Of a DNA stretch of 64,000 bases, positions 29,065 to 39,320 are shown one piece after another (the first letter of the stretch is position 1; every line of letters begins with the position of its first letter). The stretch is from Nitrosopumilus sp. (GTDB lineage: Archaea; Thermoproteota; Nitrososphaeria; Nitrososphaerales; Nitrosopumilaceae), in contig OZ245003.1 in NCBI GenBank assembly GCA_965223425.1, forward strand, positions 2,144,001 through 2,208,000. Reading direction: 5' to 3'. Below the pieces are notes generated by a model. That model ran no database searches and was not told the DNA's origin. It saw only the letters and a program-made list of their open reading frames with translations. A program made the translations under genes and the position numbers.

Positions 29065-29843
29065 TTCACAATTTCCTCAAATAAAATATCTGGATCTTCA
29101 ACAGAAACCCCTCTTTTATTGAAGAATTTGGTAATGTTATTAATATCTCTTTTAAGAAACTCTTGAGCATTAGGATGTCTTAGATCAATGGCAGAACCTA
29201 GATCAAAAACAACTAGACCATTTGATGTTTTAAAAATATTATATTCAGAATAATCTCCATGTACTAATTTTGCTTTATGATAGAGATCTTTGATAATTGA
29301 AATTGCTTGTTCATAATCATCGTCATTTACATCTGACTCCAACAGAGATTTTTCAGGAGAGCCTGCATGTCCTACAAATTCCATTGCAAGCACATTATTT
29401 GCGACATAAAGTGGGTTTGGAACAGGAATTCCAGCATTATGACACTGAGATAAGTTACGGAATTCCTTTTTTGCCCACAAATAGACTAAATTCTTTGTGC
29501 CTTTTTTCACATTTGAGAACCTAGGATCACCAAGAATGTAAGGTTCGCGTTTTTTAAAATTCGAAGTACTCACCAAATAAATTTTCAAAGCAACATCAAC
29601 ATCATGTTCATCAACACCCCAAAAAAGAACGGATTCTTTACCAGCGCTTACAGAACCGTTAACATATGCAATAATATGATCTTTAATCATTTTATAGAGA
29701 GTCATAACAGTAGGTTTATCCAATACTTCATTGACAACTTTACCTTTCTTGAAACCATCTTCCAAATGTTTTCGTTTAGATTTGGACGCTAATTTTTTAT
29801 CAATCTTAGATTCTAACTTTTTGCTAATTTCATCAGACATCAA
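29061..29843 (-). CDS. rio1: RIO1 serine kinase
   Basis: SAGKES, WAKKEFRNL, VHGDYSEYN. Confidence 0.9.
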   Translation of the reverse strand: MMSDEISKKLESKIDKKLASKSKRKHLEDGFKKGKVVNEVLDKPTVMTLYKMIKDHIIAYVNGSVSAGKESVLFWGVDEHDVDVALKIYLVSTSNFKKREPYILGDPRFSNVKKGTKNLVYLWAKKEFRNLSQCHNAGIPVPNPLYVANNVLAMEFVGHAGSPEKSLLESDVNDDDYEQAISIIKDLYHKAKLVHGDYSEYNIFKTSNGLVVFDLGSAIDLRHPNAQEFLKRDINNITKFFNKRGVSVEDPDILFEEIVK

Positions 29844-29907
29844 AGAATTTTACTCCTACTAGATAAAATGGATTTCTTTTATAATTCAAAATAGAAATCG
29901 AACCACT

Positions 29908-30207
29908 CTACATTTTAAAAACAATTAGAAAAGGAACGTTAGAAATTTTTTTAACTCCATTTTCAGAACCAATTCCAAGTTCTAAAGATAGTGAGATTGT
30001 TTCTTTTCCAACCATGTTAATAATTGAAGAATTTTTTAATAATGATTTTGCTTCTTCTTTTTCAACCAACCTTTCTCCATAATAGCTTTCACTGATATGC
30101 ATGTTTAATTCATCTTGAATAATATTTTTCCCTAGCAACTCAGCATCACAGATATTGAGCATTGTGTTTTGTTGACAATTAGAAACCCGTACTGAAAAAT
30201 GCATCAT
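29908..30207 (-). CDS. DUF424 protein
   Basis: ICDAELLGK, YYGE, INMVG; adjacent to aIF2beta. Confidence 0.8.
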   Translation of the reverse strand: MMHFSVRVSNCQQNTMLNICDAELLGKNIIQDELNMHISESYYGERLVEKEEAKSLLKNSSIINMVGKETISLSLELGIGSENGVKKISNVPFLIVFKM

Positions 30208-30638
30208 GCATATTTACCTTTCAGAGCAGATTTTGCACCACAAGCTTCACAAATTAAAAATGATATTCGATTTTCTTTGACAATTTTTGTGTCTGGACTT
30301 TTACATGTTGTACATTCTAGATAATCTTTTACATAAATTTGGAATAATCGTGTAAAGTCATCAGGAGCCCGTCTTCCAATAAACATTGCCTTATCACCTA
30401 GTCTTTCAGCAGGAACTGCAAACTCTTTTGATAAATATTGAAGAACTTTGTCTGGATCTCTTCGCAGAACCTTAGGGAATTCTGAAAAATTACGCAAGAA
30501 AGTCTTTTGTCCTTCCCACATTACATCTACAACGGGAAGCTCAAATCTAGTCGAGGATTCTTTTTTGGCATCGCCCAAATTATCCTGAATACGTTTGAGT
30601 AGGTTTTCATATTCGGCTTTGGTCATAAAAAATGACAC
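30204..30638 (-). CDS. Translation initiation factor aIF-2 beta
   Basis: RFELP, C..CKSPDT, CEACGA. Confidence 0.93.
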   Translation of the reverse strand: MSFFMTKAEYENLLKRIQDNLGDAKKESSTRFELPVVDVMWEGQKTFLRNFSEFPKVLRRDPDKVLQYLSKEFAVPAERLGDKAMFIGRRAPDDFTRLFQIYVKDYLECTTCKSPDTKIVKENRISFLICEACGAKSALKGKYA

Positions 30639-30695
30639 ATGTTAGACCCTATATGGGTTTTGAAAAAGAGAAATCATGTGGACTTTTTGTGTAGG

Positions 30696-30842
30696 TTATT
30701 CCATCTTTCCTATACGGAAAACGTTAGTTCCACATTTAGGACATGTGCCTTTTACGGCAGGACGTCCATTCTTTAGTTTAGTTTCTTTGGGATCTTTAAT
30801 GTCCCTTTTATCTCTGCATTTTACGCAATATGCTGTAACCAT
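30696..30842 (-). CDS. 48-aa zinc-ribbon protein (DUF5679-like), absent from the ORF track
   Basis: MVTAYCVKCRDKRDIKDPKETKLKNGRPAVKGTCPKCGTNVFRIGKME. Confidence 0.85.
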   Translation of the reverse strand: MVTAYCVKCRDKRDIKDPKETKLKNGRPAVKGTCPKCGTNVFRIGKME

Positions 30843-31090
30843 TCTAAATTTTGTCAAACTTGGTGGTATTTAGGAAGAGGCTGTGAAAATTATTTAACTA
30901 TAAACTAGATGTGCGTAAATTTTTTTAGGCGTCAAAAAGCAACAATTGTCAAAAATTTCTACTAATACAATTTTTTTTAAAAAAATGGAGTAAAAATTAT
31001 ACAAAAAGTGATTTTTTCTAATATTTATTTAACAAGCGACGATTTTTTGAAGATTATCAGTTATAAAGTCCTTAATTATTAAATTACAAA

Positions 31091-31591
31091 ATGGCATCAA
31101 AAAAAGGAATAATTGTAACTGCCACAATACTAGCTGCAATTACCGGTGCAAGTTTTTTGTTATGGGCAATTCCCGAAAATAATGAAACAACATTTGTTGT
31201 TTCAGATTATGAAAATTATCTTGATGGAGTAAAAAATATTCAAGAAGTTTTGCAAGAATCAATCAATATTGAATACCAAAATCTAATCAATGGCGAAATT
31301 TCTCCAGAAGAATATACCACTGTAACAGAGGTAACATCATCGCAAGTAACTGCGCAGATAAGTGAATTTGTAACATCAAAACCGCCTGAAGAATGGCAAG
31401 ATAGCTACATCAACTATATGGAAGCAATGAAAAAATTCAATTCTTATATTATAGAAACAAAAGTTTTGGCCTCTATGATTGAAAAAGGGAACACAGGGGA
31501 GGAAATGATGGAAACTGCACAAAAAATAGACGCACTAAAAATGGAATTTCTGGAGTATGTAAAAATTTCCGATGAATCAAGACCTAGCTAG
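31091..31591 (+). CDS. Hypothetical membrane-anchored protein
   Basis: N-terminal TM, helical body. Confidence 0.75.
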   Translation: MASKKGIIVTATILAAITGASFLLWAIPENNETTFVVSDYENYLDGVKNIQEVLQESINIEYQNLINGEISPEEYTTVTEVTSSQVTAQISEFVTSKPPEEWQDSYINYMEAMKKFNSYIIETKVLASMIEKGNTGEEMMETAQKIDALKMEFLEYVKISDESRPS

Positions 31592-31662
31592 CCTCAAAAC
31601 CGAATTTTACTAACTACAATCGTTGGAAATCATTAAAAAGCAATTTTACAATAAAGATCAGA

Positions 31663-32808
31663 ATGTCTCAGAGATCTGACAAGGTAGAAAAGGATGTCAA
31701 TGCATCTACAGCTAATAAATTACTTGTAATCTGTGTTGATAGGGATAATGATGTAGGAGAAAAAGCTGGCATTGTTACACCAGTAATTGGCAGAGATGCA
31801 TGTATTGAGGCTGCACAAAGACTAGCCCTAGAAGATCCAGAAGATGCAGATTCTAATTCAATTTTTTCAGCGATTAAAACATATGAAGATTTGATCAGTA
31901 AAGGCTACCAAGTTGAAGTGATAACTGTTGCAGGGGTTAAGGATAGGGGAGTTCAAGCTGATGAAAAGATTCTTGCTGAAACAAAAAAAGTTCTAGAAAA
32001 ATTTTCTGCAAATGGTGCTGTTATAGTTTCTGATGGAGAAGACGACGAAAGTGTTATTCCAGTAATTCAAAATGTTCTACCAGTTGTTTCTGTACAACGT
32101 GTTGTAATGAAAGTAAGCAGAAGTGTTGAATATTCATACGCAGTTTTTGGAAAATACCTAAAGATGATTGCCTATGATTCACGATACTCAAAATTCTTCT
32201 TAGGAGTTCCAGGAATGCTTTTGTTAATTGGCGGAATTGCAAGTGTGTTTGATTTAACCACAGAAATATTTGCAGTTCTTGTAAGTATTTTGGGCGGGGC
32301 ATTCATGATTAGAGCATTTGACGTTGATAGGGCATGGTCAAGTTGGTCAAAACCAACTCCGATGGGTTTTATCAGATTTTTTACTATGGTTGCAGGAGTA
32401 CTACTAATTCTTTCATCAATACCGGCTGGTGTTAGTACAGTTGATGTAAAATTAATTGAGGCTGATGTAGAAGTTATTGCAAAGATTACAGACAAAGTAA
32501 TTATTGGCCAATTTGTTGCAGGGGCATTACCAATTTTATGGATTGGAATGGGCGCCATATTTGCCGGAACACTGCTCAGTAATTGGATTGGAGGAGTTCC
32601 AAGACAGATAAGTGACATTTTAAGAATTATTGTTTTAATTGCGCTTTATCCTACCATATCTCAATTTACCAACATAATGATTTATGACGAAAGTTCATTT
32701 ACTCTAATTCCGCCGCTGTTAGGAGGATTAGCAGCAACTTTAATCTCAGCTACAATTCTCTTTAAAAAGTACAGAAAGCACAAAGATCAAGAGATGGTTT
32801 CAGATTAA
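31663..32808 (+). CDS. DUF373 membrane protein
   Basis: CVDRDND.G.K, DPEDADSN, SDGEDD. Confidence 0.85.
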   Translation: MSQRSDKVEKDVNASTANKLLVICVDRDNDVGEKAGIVTPVIGRDACIEAAQRLALEDPEDADSNSIFSAIKTYEDLISKGYQVEVITVAGVKDRGVQADEKILAETKKVLEKFSANGAVIVSDGEDDESVIPVIQNVLPVVSVQRVVMKVSRSVEYSYAVFGKYLKMIAYDSRYSKFFLGVPGMLLLIGGIASVFDLTTEIFAVLVSILGGAFMIRAFDVDRAWSSWSKPTPMGFIRFFTMVAGVLLILSSIPAGVSTVDVKLIEADVEVIAKITDKVIIGQFVAGALPILWIGMGAIFAGTLLSNWIGGVPRQISDILRIIVLIALYPTISQFTNIMIYDESSFTLIPPLLGGLAATLISATILFKKYRKHKDQEMVSD

Positions 32809-32909
32809 ATTTGTCTGAATTATCACAAAAATGAATTTCTGAAAACACTGATATCTGCAACGGGATATTAATCATCAAAAGGTGACAAGATATTAGCAAA
32901 ATAAAAGAA

Positions 32910-33683
32910 GTGGTTTTTCAATTATCAGGCCTCTACAGGATCTATGGAAAAAGACTTGAAAATGAGATTCAGAATGGAGATATCCCAAATCATGTCGCTC
33001 TGATTTTAGATGGGAATAGAAGATGGGCCAAAAGACACCTAACAATACCAAAAACAGGGCATTGGAAAGGGGCCGATGCAGTTGAAAACCTTCTTGATTG
33101 GTGTGAAGAATTTGATATTAAAATTGTCACATTGTATGCGCTTTCGGCAGAAAATTTGGACAGAAATGATGATGAATTAGAGCAACTCTATGAACTAATT
33201 CGTATGAGACTTGAAAAGTTGTATAATGATCCTAGAATTCATAGATGCAAAATGAGAGTAAAAGCTATTGGAAGAATTGAATTATTGCCAGACTCAATAA
33301 AGGAGATTTTAAAGCAACTAGACGATGTTACAAGAAATTATGACAGACATTTTCTAAACATAGCCTTAGCATATGGAGGACAATATGAGTTAGTAGATGC
33401 AGTAAAGAAGATTGGAGAAAAAATCAAAGATGGCTCTCTAAATGTTAATGATATTGACAAAAAAGAAATCGAATCGAATCTTTACACATCGCATTTACCA
33501 CAATCATCTCCAGACATGATTTTACGAACATCAGGGGAAAAAAGATTGAGTGGATTTCTAATGTGGCAAAGTGCATATAGTGAACTAGTCTTTATGGACA
33601 TATTTTGGCCCGAGTTTAGAAAAATAGATTTGATGAGGGCAATCAGAACTTTTCAAGAAAGAAAAAGAAGGCTAGGAAAATGA
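32910..33683 (+). CDS. uppS: cis-prenyltransferase (UppS family)
   Basis: ILDGNRRWA, RTSGEKRLSGF. Confidence 0.95.
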   Translation: MVFQLSGLYRIYGKRLENEIQNGDIPNHVALILDGNRRWAKRHLTIPKTGHWKGADAVENLLDWCEEFDIKIVTLYALSAENLDRNDDELEQLYELIRMRLEKLYNDPRIHRCKMRVKAIGRIELLPDSIKEILKQLDDVTRNYDRHFLNIALAYGGQYELVDAVKKIGEKIKDGSLNVNDIDKKEIESNLYTSHLPQSSPDMILRTSGEKRLSGFLMWQSAYSELVFMDIFWPEFRKIDLMRAIRTFQERKRRLGK

Positions 33684-34099
33684 TTGAAGAAACTTCAGCA
33701 GGTGTTGTATTATTTAGAAAGGAAGACTCAAAAACTTTATTCCTACTCTTGCATTACCCTTCTGGGCATTGGGATTTTGTAAAAGGGAAAATGGACAAAG
33801 GGGAATCAACACGTGAAACAGCAGTTAGAGAAACAAAGGAAGAAACTGGCATTGCAGACATTACATTTTTGGAAGATTTTGAAGAATGGATTAAATATGA
33901 TTTTCAATATCGGGGGGAATTGGTTCACAAAAAAGTAGTGTTTTTCTTAGCTGAAACAAAAACTAAAGAAGTGGCTATTTCACATGAACATCTTAATTAT
34001 ACATGGATGGATTATAACACATCAATGGGGAAAATTACATTTGATAATGCAAAAACTGTGTTAACAAAAGCGCAGATGCTACTTACCAAGGCTCTGTGA
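33680..34099 (+). CDS. NUDIX hydrolase (Ap4A hydrolase-like)
   Basis: KGKMDKGE...AVRETKEETG. Confidence 0.88.
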   Translation: MIEETSAGVVLFRKEDSKTLFLLLHYPSGHWDFVKGKMDKGESTRETAVRETKEETGIADITFLEDFEEWIKYDFQYRGELVHKKVVFFLAETKTKEVAISHEHLNYTWMDYNTSMGKITFDNAKTVLTKAQMLLTKAL

Positions 34100-34825
34100 T
34101 TGCAATTCTTTTACTACGCTAACAGGGTTTTTAGCATTTAGAATGGTTCTGCCAACAATCAGATAATTTGTTCCAGCCGAAATCACTTTATTTGCACTTC
34201 CGCCTTGGGTGCCAACGCCGGGGGAAAAAATGCTTAGTTTTTTTCCTGCTTTTTTAGAACAATATTGTATAATGTTTGGAAAAGTAGCTCCTACCACAAT
34301 TCCATCAACTTTTGAGGTCAGAGCCCAGTCCAGAAATAGTTGATACAGTTGTTGTTTTTTTCTCATTTTTACCTCCATATCATACGATAATTTAGCCTCA
34401 GGCGCGCTCATATGGCATAAAGCTATGACACCTTTCCCATTTTTATGGGCAGATTTTGCTAAATTTTTCAAACTGTCAAGTCCCATTATTGGATTTGCAA
34501 TAACTGCATCAAATCCTAAATTCCAAAGATTTTCAACAGTTGCTCTATTAGTATTTCCAATATCGTTAAGTTTGATGTCTGCAATAGTTTGTAAACCATA
34601 TCTATGAGCTGTCTTGTTGATTTTTAGAATCTCTTTACCACACAAAGGAAGAAGCAGATGAAAATTTAATTTAATTCCACAAAGAAAGGAATGCAGTTGT
34701 TTGATATTTTTGATAGTTTTTGCTTCTAAATTTTTAACAGAAGGATCATAATCATTAGCAAGAATTACGTTTCCATGCGTTTTTGATAGCTTTGCTAATC
34801 TAGTTTTGAAGGTGACCATAATCAA
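34079..34825 (-). CDS. pyrF: Orotidine 5'-phosphate decarboxylase
   Basis: DIKLNDIGNT, SPGVGTQGG, IVGR. Confidence 0.93.
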   Translation of the reverse strand: MIMVTFKTRLAKLSKTHGNVILANDYDPSVKNLEAKTIKNIKQLHSFLCGIKLNFHLLLPLCGKEILKINKTAHRYGLQTIADIKLNDIGNTNRATVENLWNLGFDAVIANPIMGLDSLKNLAKSAHKNGKGVIALCHMSAPEAKLSYDMEVKMRKKQQLYQLFLDWALTSKVDGIVVGATFPNIIQYCSKKAGKKLSIFSPGVGTQGGSANKVISAGTNYLIVGRTILNAKNPVSVVKELQSQSLGK

Positions 34826-35486
34826 CTAAAGGATGAGTGTCTTTTAATTTTATTATTTTGATGTAAGAATAACCGTGTTCGGAGGGATTTTCTACAAAAA
34901 GAGGTTCAGAACCATTAGTTGATGAGAATTTCATAAAGGGTTTTTTTGGATCGCTATTTAGCACTACATGGCAAAAATAAGAGGTTCCTTCTTCATTGAA
35001 GTTCATGAAAACTCCAATAAGCCATTTGTCATTGCGTGGGAACAAAAATAGTGGAAAAGGAACTTCATCAAAACCCCAAGTAAGTTTTGCAAGACTAGAC
35101 ATATCTTCTAACTCAATTGGCTGATATCTATCAAGGGTTCCATTACCAGGCCTCAAGGTTTTTGGAAGCGATTTGATTCTAACGATAGGTGAATAGAGCT
35201 TGCTTGTATCAGAAGTAGAATCAACAATTTCAGATTCTTCCTTTCCTCCTTTTAATCCATAACAAAGATAATGACCGTTATGTTCTAAAGGGGTATAGTA
35301 CACAATGGGTTTTTCCTTGAGAATGTCCATTTGTACTGATAAGATTTTTTGTCCATCATGATCATGTAAAAAAGATACACGTGGTACACGCTCAAGTGCA
35401 CAAACGAGCCTAGAGAACTCTAATGTTGAATTTACTTGAATGTAGCGCGGTAATTTATCACTAGAGGGATTTTTTAATTTGTCCAC
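34800..35486 (-). CDS. Hypothetical protein
   Basis: 228-aa ORF between purA and pyrF. Confidence 0.75.
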   Translation of the reverse strand: MDKLKNPSSDKLPRYIQVNSTLEFSRLVCALERVPRVSFLHDHDGQKILSVQMDILKEKPIVYYTPLEHNGHYLCYGLKGGKEESEIVDSTSDTSKLYSPIVRIKSLPKTLRPGNGTLDRYQPIELEDMSSLAKLTWGFDEVPFPLFLFPRNDKWLIGVFMNFNEEGTSYFCHVVLNSDPKKPFMKFSSTNGSEPLFVENPSEHGYSYIKIIKLKDTHPLVDYGHLQN

Positions 35487-35535
35487 AAAGATTTCTTGTA
35501 TAGTGTCAAATTAAACTTATCCAAAACTTTGGAGC

Positions 35536-36537
35536 CTAGCTTCTTTTATCAACAACATCATTGATATCCGGGCCAGTACCAATAATTGTCACAGGCGTGT
35601 TTAATTCATCTTCAACGCTTTTTATGAAGGATTTTGCATCATCAGTTAGTTCAGCAAAAGAAGTTTTGCCTGCACAGTCGGGAAAAAGAACATCTAATTT
35701 TGTTATAGAAATTTGTGTTGCGCCATTAAGCATGACTGCACGGCGTGCTAAATCAAAATCAAAGTCAGCCGCACGCCTCTGACGCCCAGTCACAGTACCA
35801 AATTCAGACCATCCTTTTTTTTCAGCCTCATCAAGTGAAAGCTCTTTCTCAAGAGGACCAGTTCCAACACGCGTAACATATGATTTGAAAACAACAATTA
35901 CCTCGTCAACCTTAGTAGGACCAAGACCAACATCGGCACATATTCCAGACGCAGTAACATCTTTTGAGGTCACAAATGGATAGGTTCCATGCCATAAAGA
36001 AAGAAAAGTACCTTGTGTACCTTCAACTAGAACATTCTCATTGGCAGAAAGTGCTGAATTTATCTCCTCTGGAACATCTTTGATAAGTGAAGATAGCGAA
36101 TCAATATCTTTTGCCAATTTTAAAACTCTCATAGCTCTATCTGCATTGGCAGGCCCTGTACCAGAACCGGTGCTTCCAATTTTTTCTTTTAATTCACCTT
36201 TAGAATCTCGTATCAGATGGGTTTCTTCAATAACACCGCAGTGTTTATCAATAAATGAACGTCCCGATGCGTTAAAATCTTGAATTTCTTTTTTTAGGAC
36301 ATCAGGGTTAATAACTACTCCAGGGCCAATCATTACTTTGGCATTCTTGTTAAGAAATCCACTGGGAAGCATTCGAACTTTGTAAGTTTTATCACCGTCT
36401 CTAATTGTATGACCTGCATTTGGACCGGCTCCACCACGTACAATAATTTTTGGATTGTCTTTGATTGCCAAATAGGAGATGATTTTTCCTTTACCTTCAT
36501 CTCCAAAAAATCCGCCAACAACCACAGTAGATGTCAT
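35536..36537 (-). CDS. purA: Adenylosuccinate synthetase
   Basis: GDEGKGK, PNAGHT, GTYPFVTS, GTVTGR. Confidence 0.96.
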   Translation of the reverse strand: MTSTVVVGGFFGDEGKGKIISYLAIKDNPKIIVRGGAGPNAGHTIRDGDKTYKVRMLPSGFLNKNAKVMIGPGVVINPDVLKKEIQDFNASGRSFIDKHCGVIEETHLIRDSKGELKEKIGSTGSGTGPANADRAMRVLKLAKDIDSLSSLIKDVPEEINSALSANENVLVEGTQGTFLSLWHGTYPFVTSKDVTASGICADVGLGPTKVDEVIVVFKSYVTRVGTGPLEKELSLDEAEKKGWSEFGTVTGRQRRAADFDFDLARRAVMLNGATQISITKLDVLFPDCAGKTSFAELTDDAKSFIKSVEDELNTPVTIIGTGPDINDVVDKRS

Positions 36538-36613
36538 GCTGTTGAGATTTTATTTCGTTTATTTAAGCTAAAGTGTTTGTATATGATTTTTATCCAACAG
36601 TAATTCTTTTAGA

Positions 36614-37078
36614 TTGATGGTTGAAGAAAATTTTGCTGGAAATATCATAATTAGTTTGGCCAGCCTTCCAGATTTTCTTAGAAATCCTATTTTGAAAAAA
36701 AGAATGGTAGAATTTTTTTCAATGTCTGAATCTGAAAGAGATGAGGTCATTAACAATGCATTGGAAGCAGGGCCAACTGTTCCGTTTCCCAACTTTTCCA
36801 AATTGTTTAAAACGTGGCTTAAAATTTTAACAACTCTTTCAGAAGATCAAAGGGAAGGACTGTTTTTAGCATATATTAATAAGGTGTCACAATCCCCACA
36901 AAAATTAATTACCTTCAATCTAGATGGAATTCTTGAAATCTTTTTAACATTAGAGGAAAATGAGAAAGAAATTCTTGCCACCACAATTAAAAAAATCATC
37001 CATAATCTTGATGAAGAGAGAAAAAGGAAGATTATGTTAGTTATACCAAATAACGCCAAACAACACTTGAAATTTTAG
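36614..37078 (+). CDS. Hypothetical protein
   Basis: 154-aa ORF with host-like composition. Confidence 0.75.
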   Translation: MMVEENFAGNIIISLASLPDFLRNPILKKRMVEFFSMSESERDEVINNALEAGPTVPFPNFSKLFKTWLKILTTLSEDQREGLFLAYINKVSQSPQKLITFNLDGILEIFLTLEENEKEILATTIKKIIHNLDEERKRKIMLVIPNNAKQHLKF

Positions 37079-37359
37079 GCATCAGCAGGTGGTTCGTCAG
37101 GCTTTCTATTATCCTCATTTGTATAATCAATTATTTCTCCTTCAGGAGACATTACACCAACGAAGATTTTTTCATGTTTTTTCAATAATTTTCTATGATC
37201 AGGCATGGACATGTCAAGTTTCATTTCGTTCATCACCATCACTTGGTATTCTTTCCATTCAGCCCAGCATTTGTTGCAAGTGGGATATTTTTCAGCAACA
37301 ACACCAAGTGCTTCATCATCAGGAATAGCATTCTTACATTTTGTGCAAGTACGACTCAT
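37075..37359 (-). CDS. Fe(II)-trafficking/Fe-S protection protein (YggX-like)
   Basis: CWAEWKEYQVMVMNEMKLDM resembles YggX W..W...Q.M.INE; ATG at 37359. Confidence 0.7.
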   Translation of the reverse strand: MSRTCTKCKNAIPDDEALGVVAEKYPTCNKCWAEWKEYQVMVMNEMKLDMSMPDHRKLLKKHEKIFVGVMSPEGEIIDYTNEDNRKPDEPPADA

Positions 37360-37436
37360 AGAAACTAGCAATAAGAAACTCCTTTTATCTTTTTTTGAAG
37401 ACAAAGTAATAATAATTATCAGGAACAGAATTCTAT

Positions 37437-37646
37437 ATGAAGATAAAATGCCCAAAATGCAAGGAAGATGCAGAATTGACAATGGATTTCTCTTTAGTAA
37501 AATGCAGTTCTTGTGATTTGGAAATGAGTTATGGGGAATATGTAAAATTTGTGGCGCACAATGAATCCAAATATTCAGATATTCTCGGAGACTATGCGGG
37601 CAGCACAGAAGGCCAATCTTCAGGCTCATTGGATGAATGGGATTAA
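37437..37646 (+). CDS. Small zinc-ribbon protein
   Basis: CPKC...CSSC. Confidence 0.7.
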   Translation: MKIKCPKCKEDAELTMDFSLVKCSSCDLEMSYGEYVKFVAHNESKYSDILGDYAGSTEGQSSGSLDEWD

Positions 37647-38189
37647 CAACATAGTCAAATAAAAAGTGATGTGATTATATACAAATTCAGCATTATTTTG
37701 TTTTATCTTGTACAAAAAGTAGTTCACCCCTTCTCCGAGTATGCAAGGTCGATAAAGAGCAGGCGCACCGACCTTACTGTCACTGGAAACAAGGGTGTGT
37801 GGGTCTGGAAGAAAAGGCTAGGAAGATACACAAGCCTGGAGCATCCAGACACAGTAGATGAAAATGTACTCTTGACTCGCCCGGGATCCAAGTTTTAGAC
37901 CAACTGTGAAAACAATTCGGACAGAAAAAGCAATTGATCAGTGCCCCTGTCATTCCTTATGCTTTACCAAAAAGATCAACTGGGACACCGTCTTGATACG
38001 GCAGGCAAGGCATTTAAAATGTTGCCTGACATTGTAGACGCGGTAGGCCTCAGCTTCTCTGGGAGACACAACGCGCTATACGGCATGGAGGATTTTATAC
38101 GGGCAGTCATATCGATGTGCAAGTCAGGCTCGTATGCCTCCGGCATCACACAGATGCTCTCAGTACGCCACGCCGCGAGCCGCATACCG

Positions 38190-39320
38190 TAGTGACTAGG
38201 ATAAATAACCGCTCATCCTTGTTATCCTGACCTCACGTCTATACAGCATTGTCCATATGGATTCCTTCATCACCTTTGTGCTTTCATACATCACGTTTGC
38301 AGTGGCCCTTCTTAACAGCCTCCACTGCCCCTCCGTGGTATTCAGCTCCGGGGTGTACACGGGCAAGTAAACAAGGACTATGTCGCCGTCATACGAGTCG
38401 ACAAAATCATTGACCATCTTTGACTTGTGGTATGATGCGTTATCAAGAAAGACGATGATCTTGCCGTGCTTGAGATGCAGGTGTCCGAGCATGTCCACAA
38501 AGCTGTAGCTGTTGGCCTTGGCATAGAACCTGCAGTCAAAGCCGCCGTCGTACAGCGCCCCAAACGAGTAGAACCTTTTGCGCGACAGGCTGACTGGAGT
38601 GGTGACGGGCCTGCCCTTGAGGTACCACCCGTTCTTGGTATTCCACCCAATGATAAAGGAGGCCTCATCAACTGTAATCACCGTATGGTCTGGATGGCTC
38701 CGGATTATCTCCCCTGCTTTTTTTTTAAACTCTTTTTTCTCTGATTCTGAGGCTGACTTGGGTGCTTTGGACGCGGCTTTCTGCACGAAAAGCCCATCCT
38801 GTGCAGTATGTCATATATGCTGACAGTGGCATACTGCACGCCGAACTTTTTTCTGATGTGTACGGCCAGCAGCGGTGCCGTCCACACTCCGGACTCGAAC
38901 CCGCAACTGCGCGGGCCTGCCAGCAGGTCTGCGCGCAGCTGTTCTATCTGTTCCGGATCGAGCTTGTTTGGCGCGCCTTTGTTTTTGATGTCGTACCTGC
39001 CGCAGGTGCCAAGCTGTGCGGCGCGCACAAGCCAGTCCCGTACTGTAGAGTATGACCTGTTGAGGGCCCTGCATATCTGGCGTATGGACATGCCCTCCTT
39101 GCGCATGGCATATGCCAGCAGCCTTGCTGCGGCCCTGGGATCTGTCTCCTTTTTTTGCATGCTGCGCAGGCGCGCACTGGAGACGCCGGACAGGAACCTT
39201 CTGTCTGCCGGTATTGCAGAATTGTTGTATTTCATGCGGATTCTGCCATACACTGGGATCTAGATCTTGTGGTTGAATAATGTTGTCTGTTTTGTGAGCG
39301 ATTGTTAATCCAATTCACTA
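38190..39320 (-). mobile_element. IS630-family element
   Basis: Imperfect TIR TAGTGACTAGGATAAATA / TAGTGAATTGGATTAACA; flanked by CG on both sides. Confidence 0.9.
38196..39253 (-). CDS. IS630 transposase in two overlapping frames (HTH and DDE)
   Basis: HTH ORF 38705-39253; DDE ORF 38196-38786 with VDEA, LDNASYH, YTPELNTTE. Confidence 0.88.
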
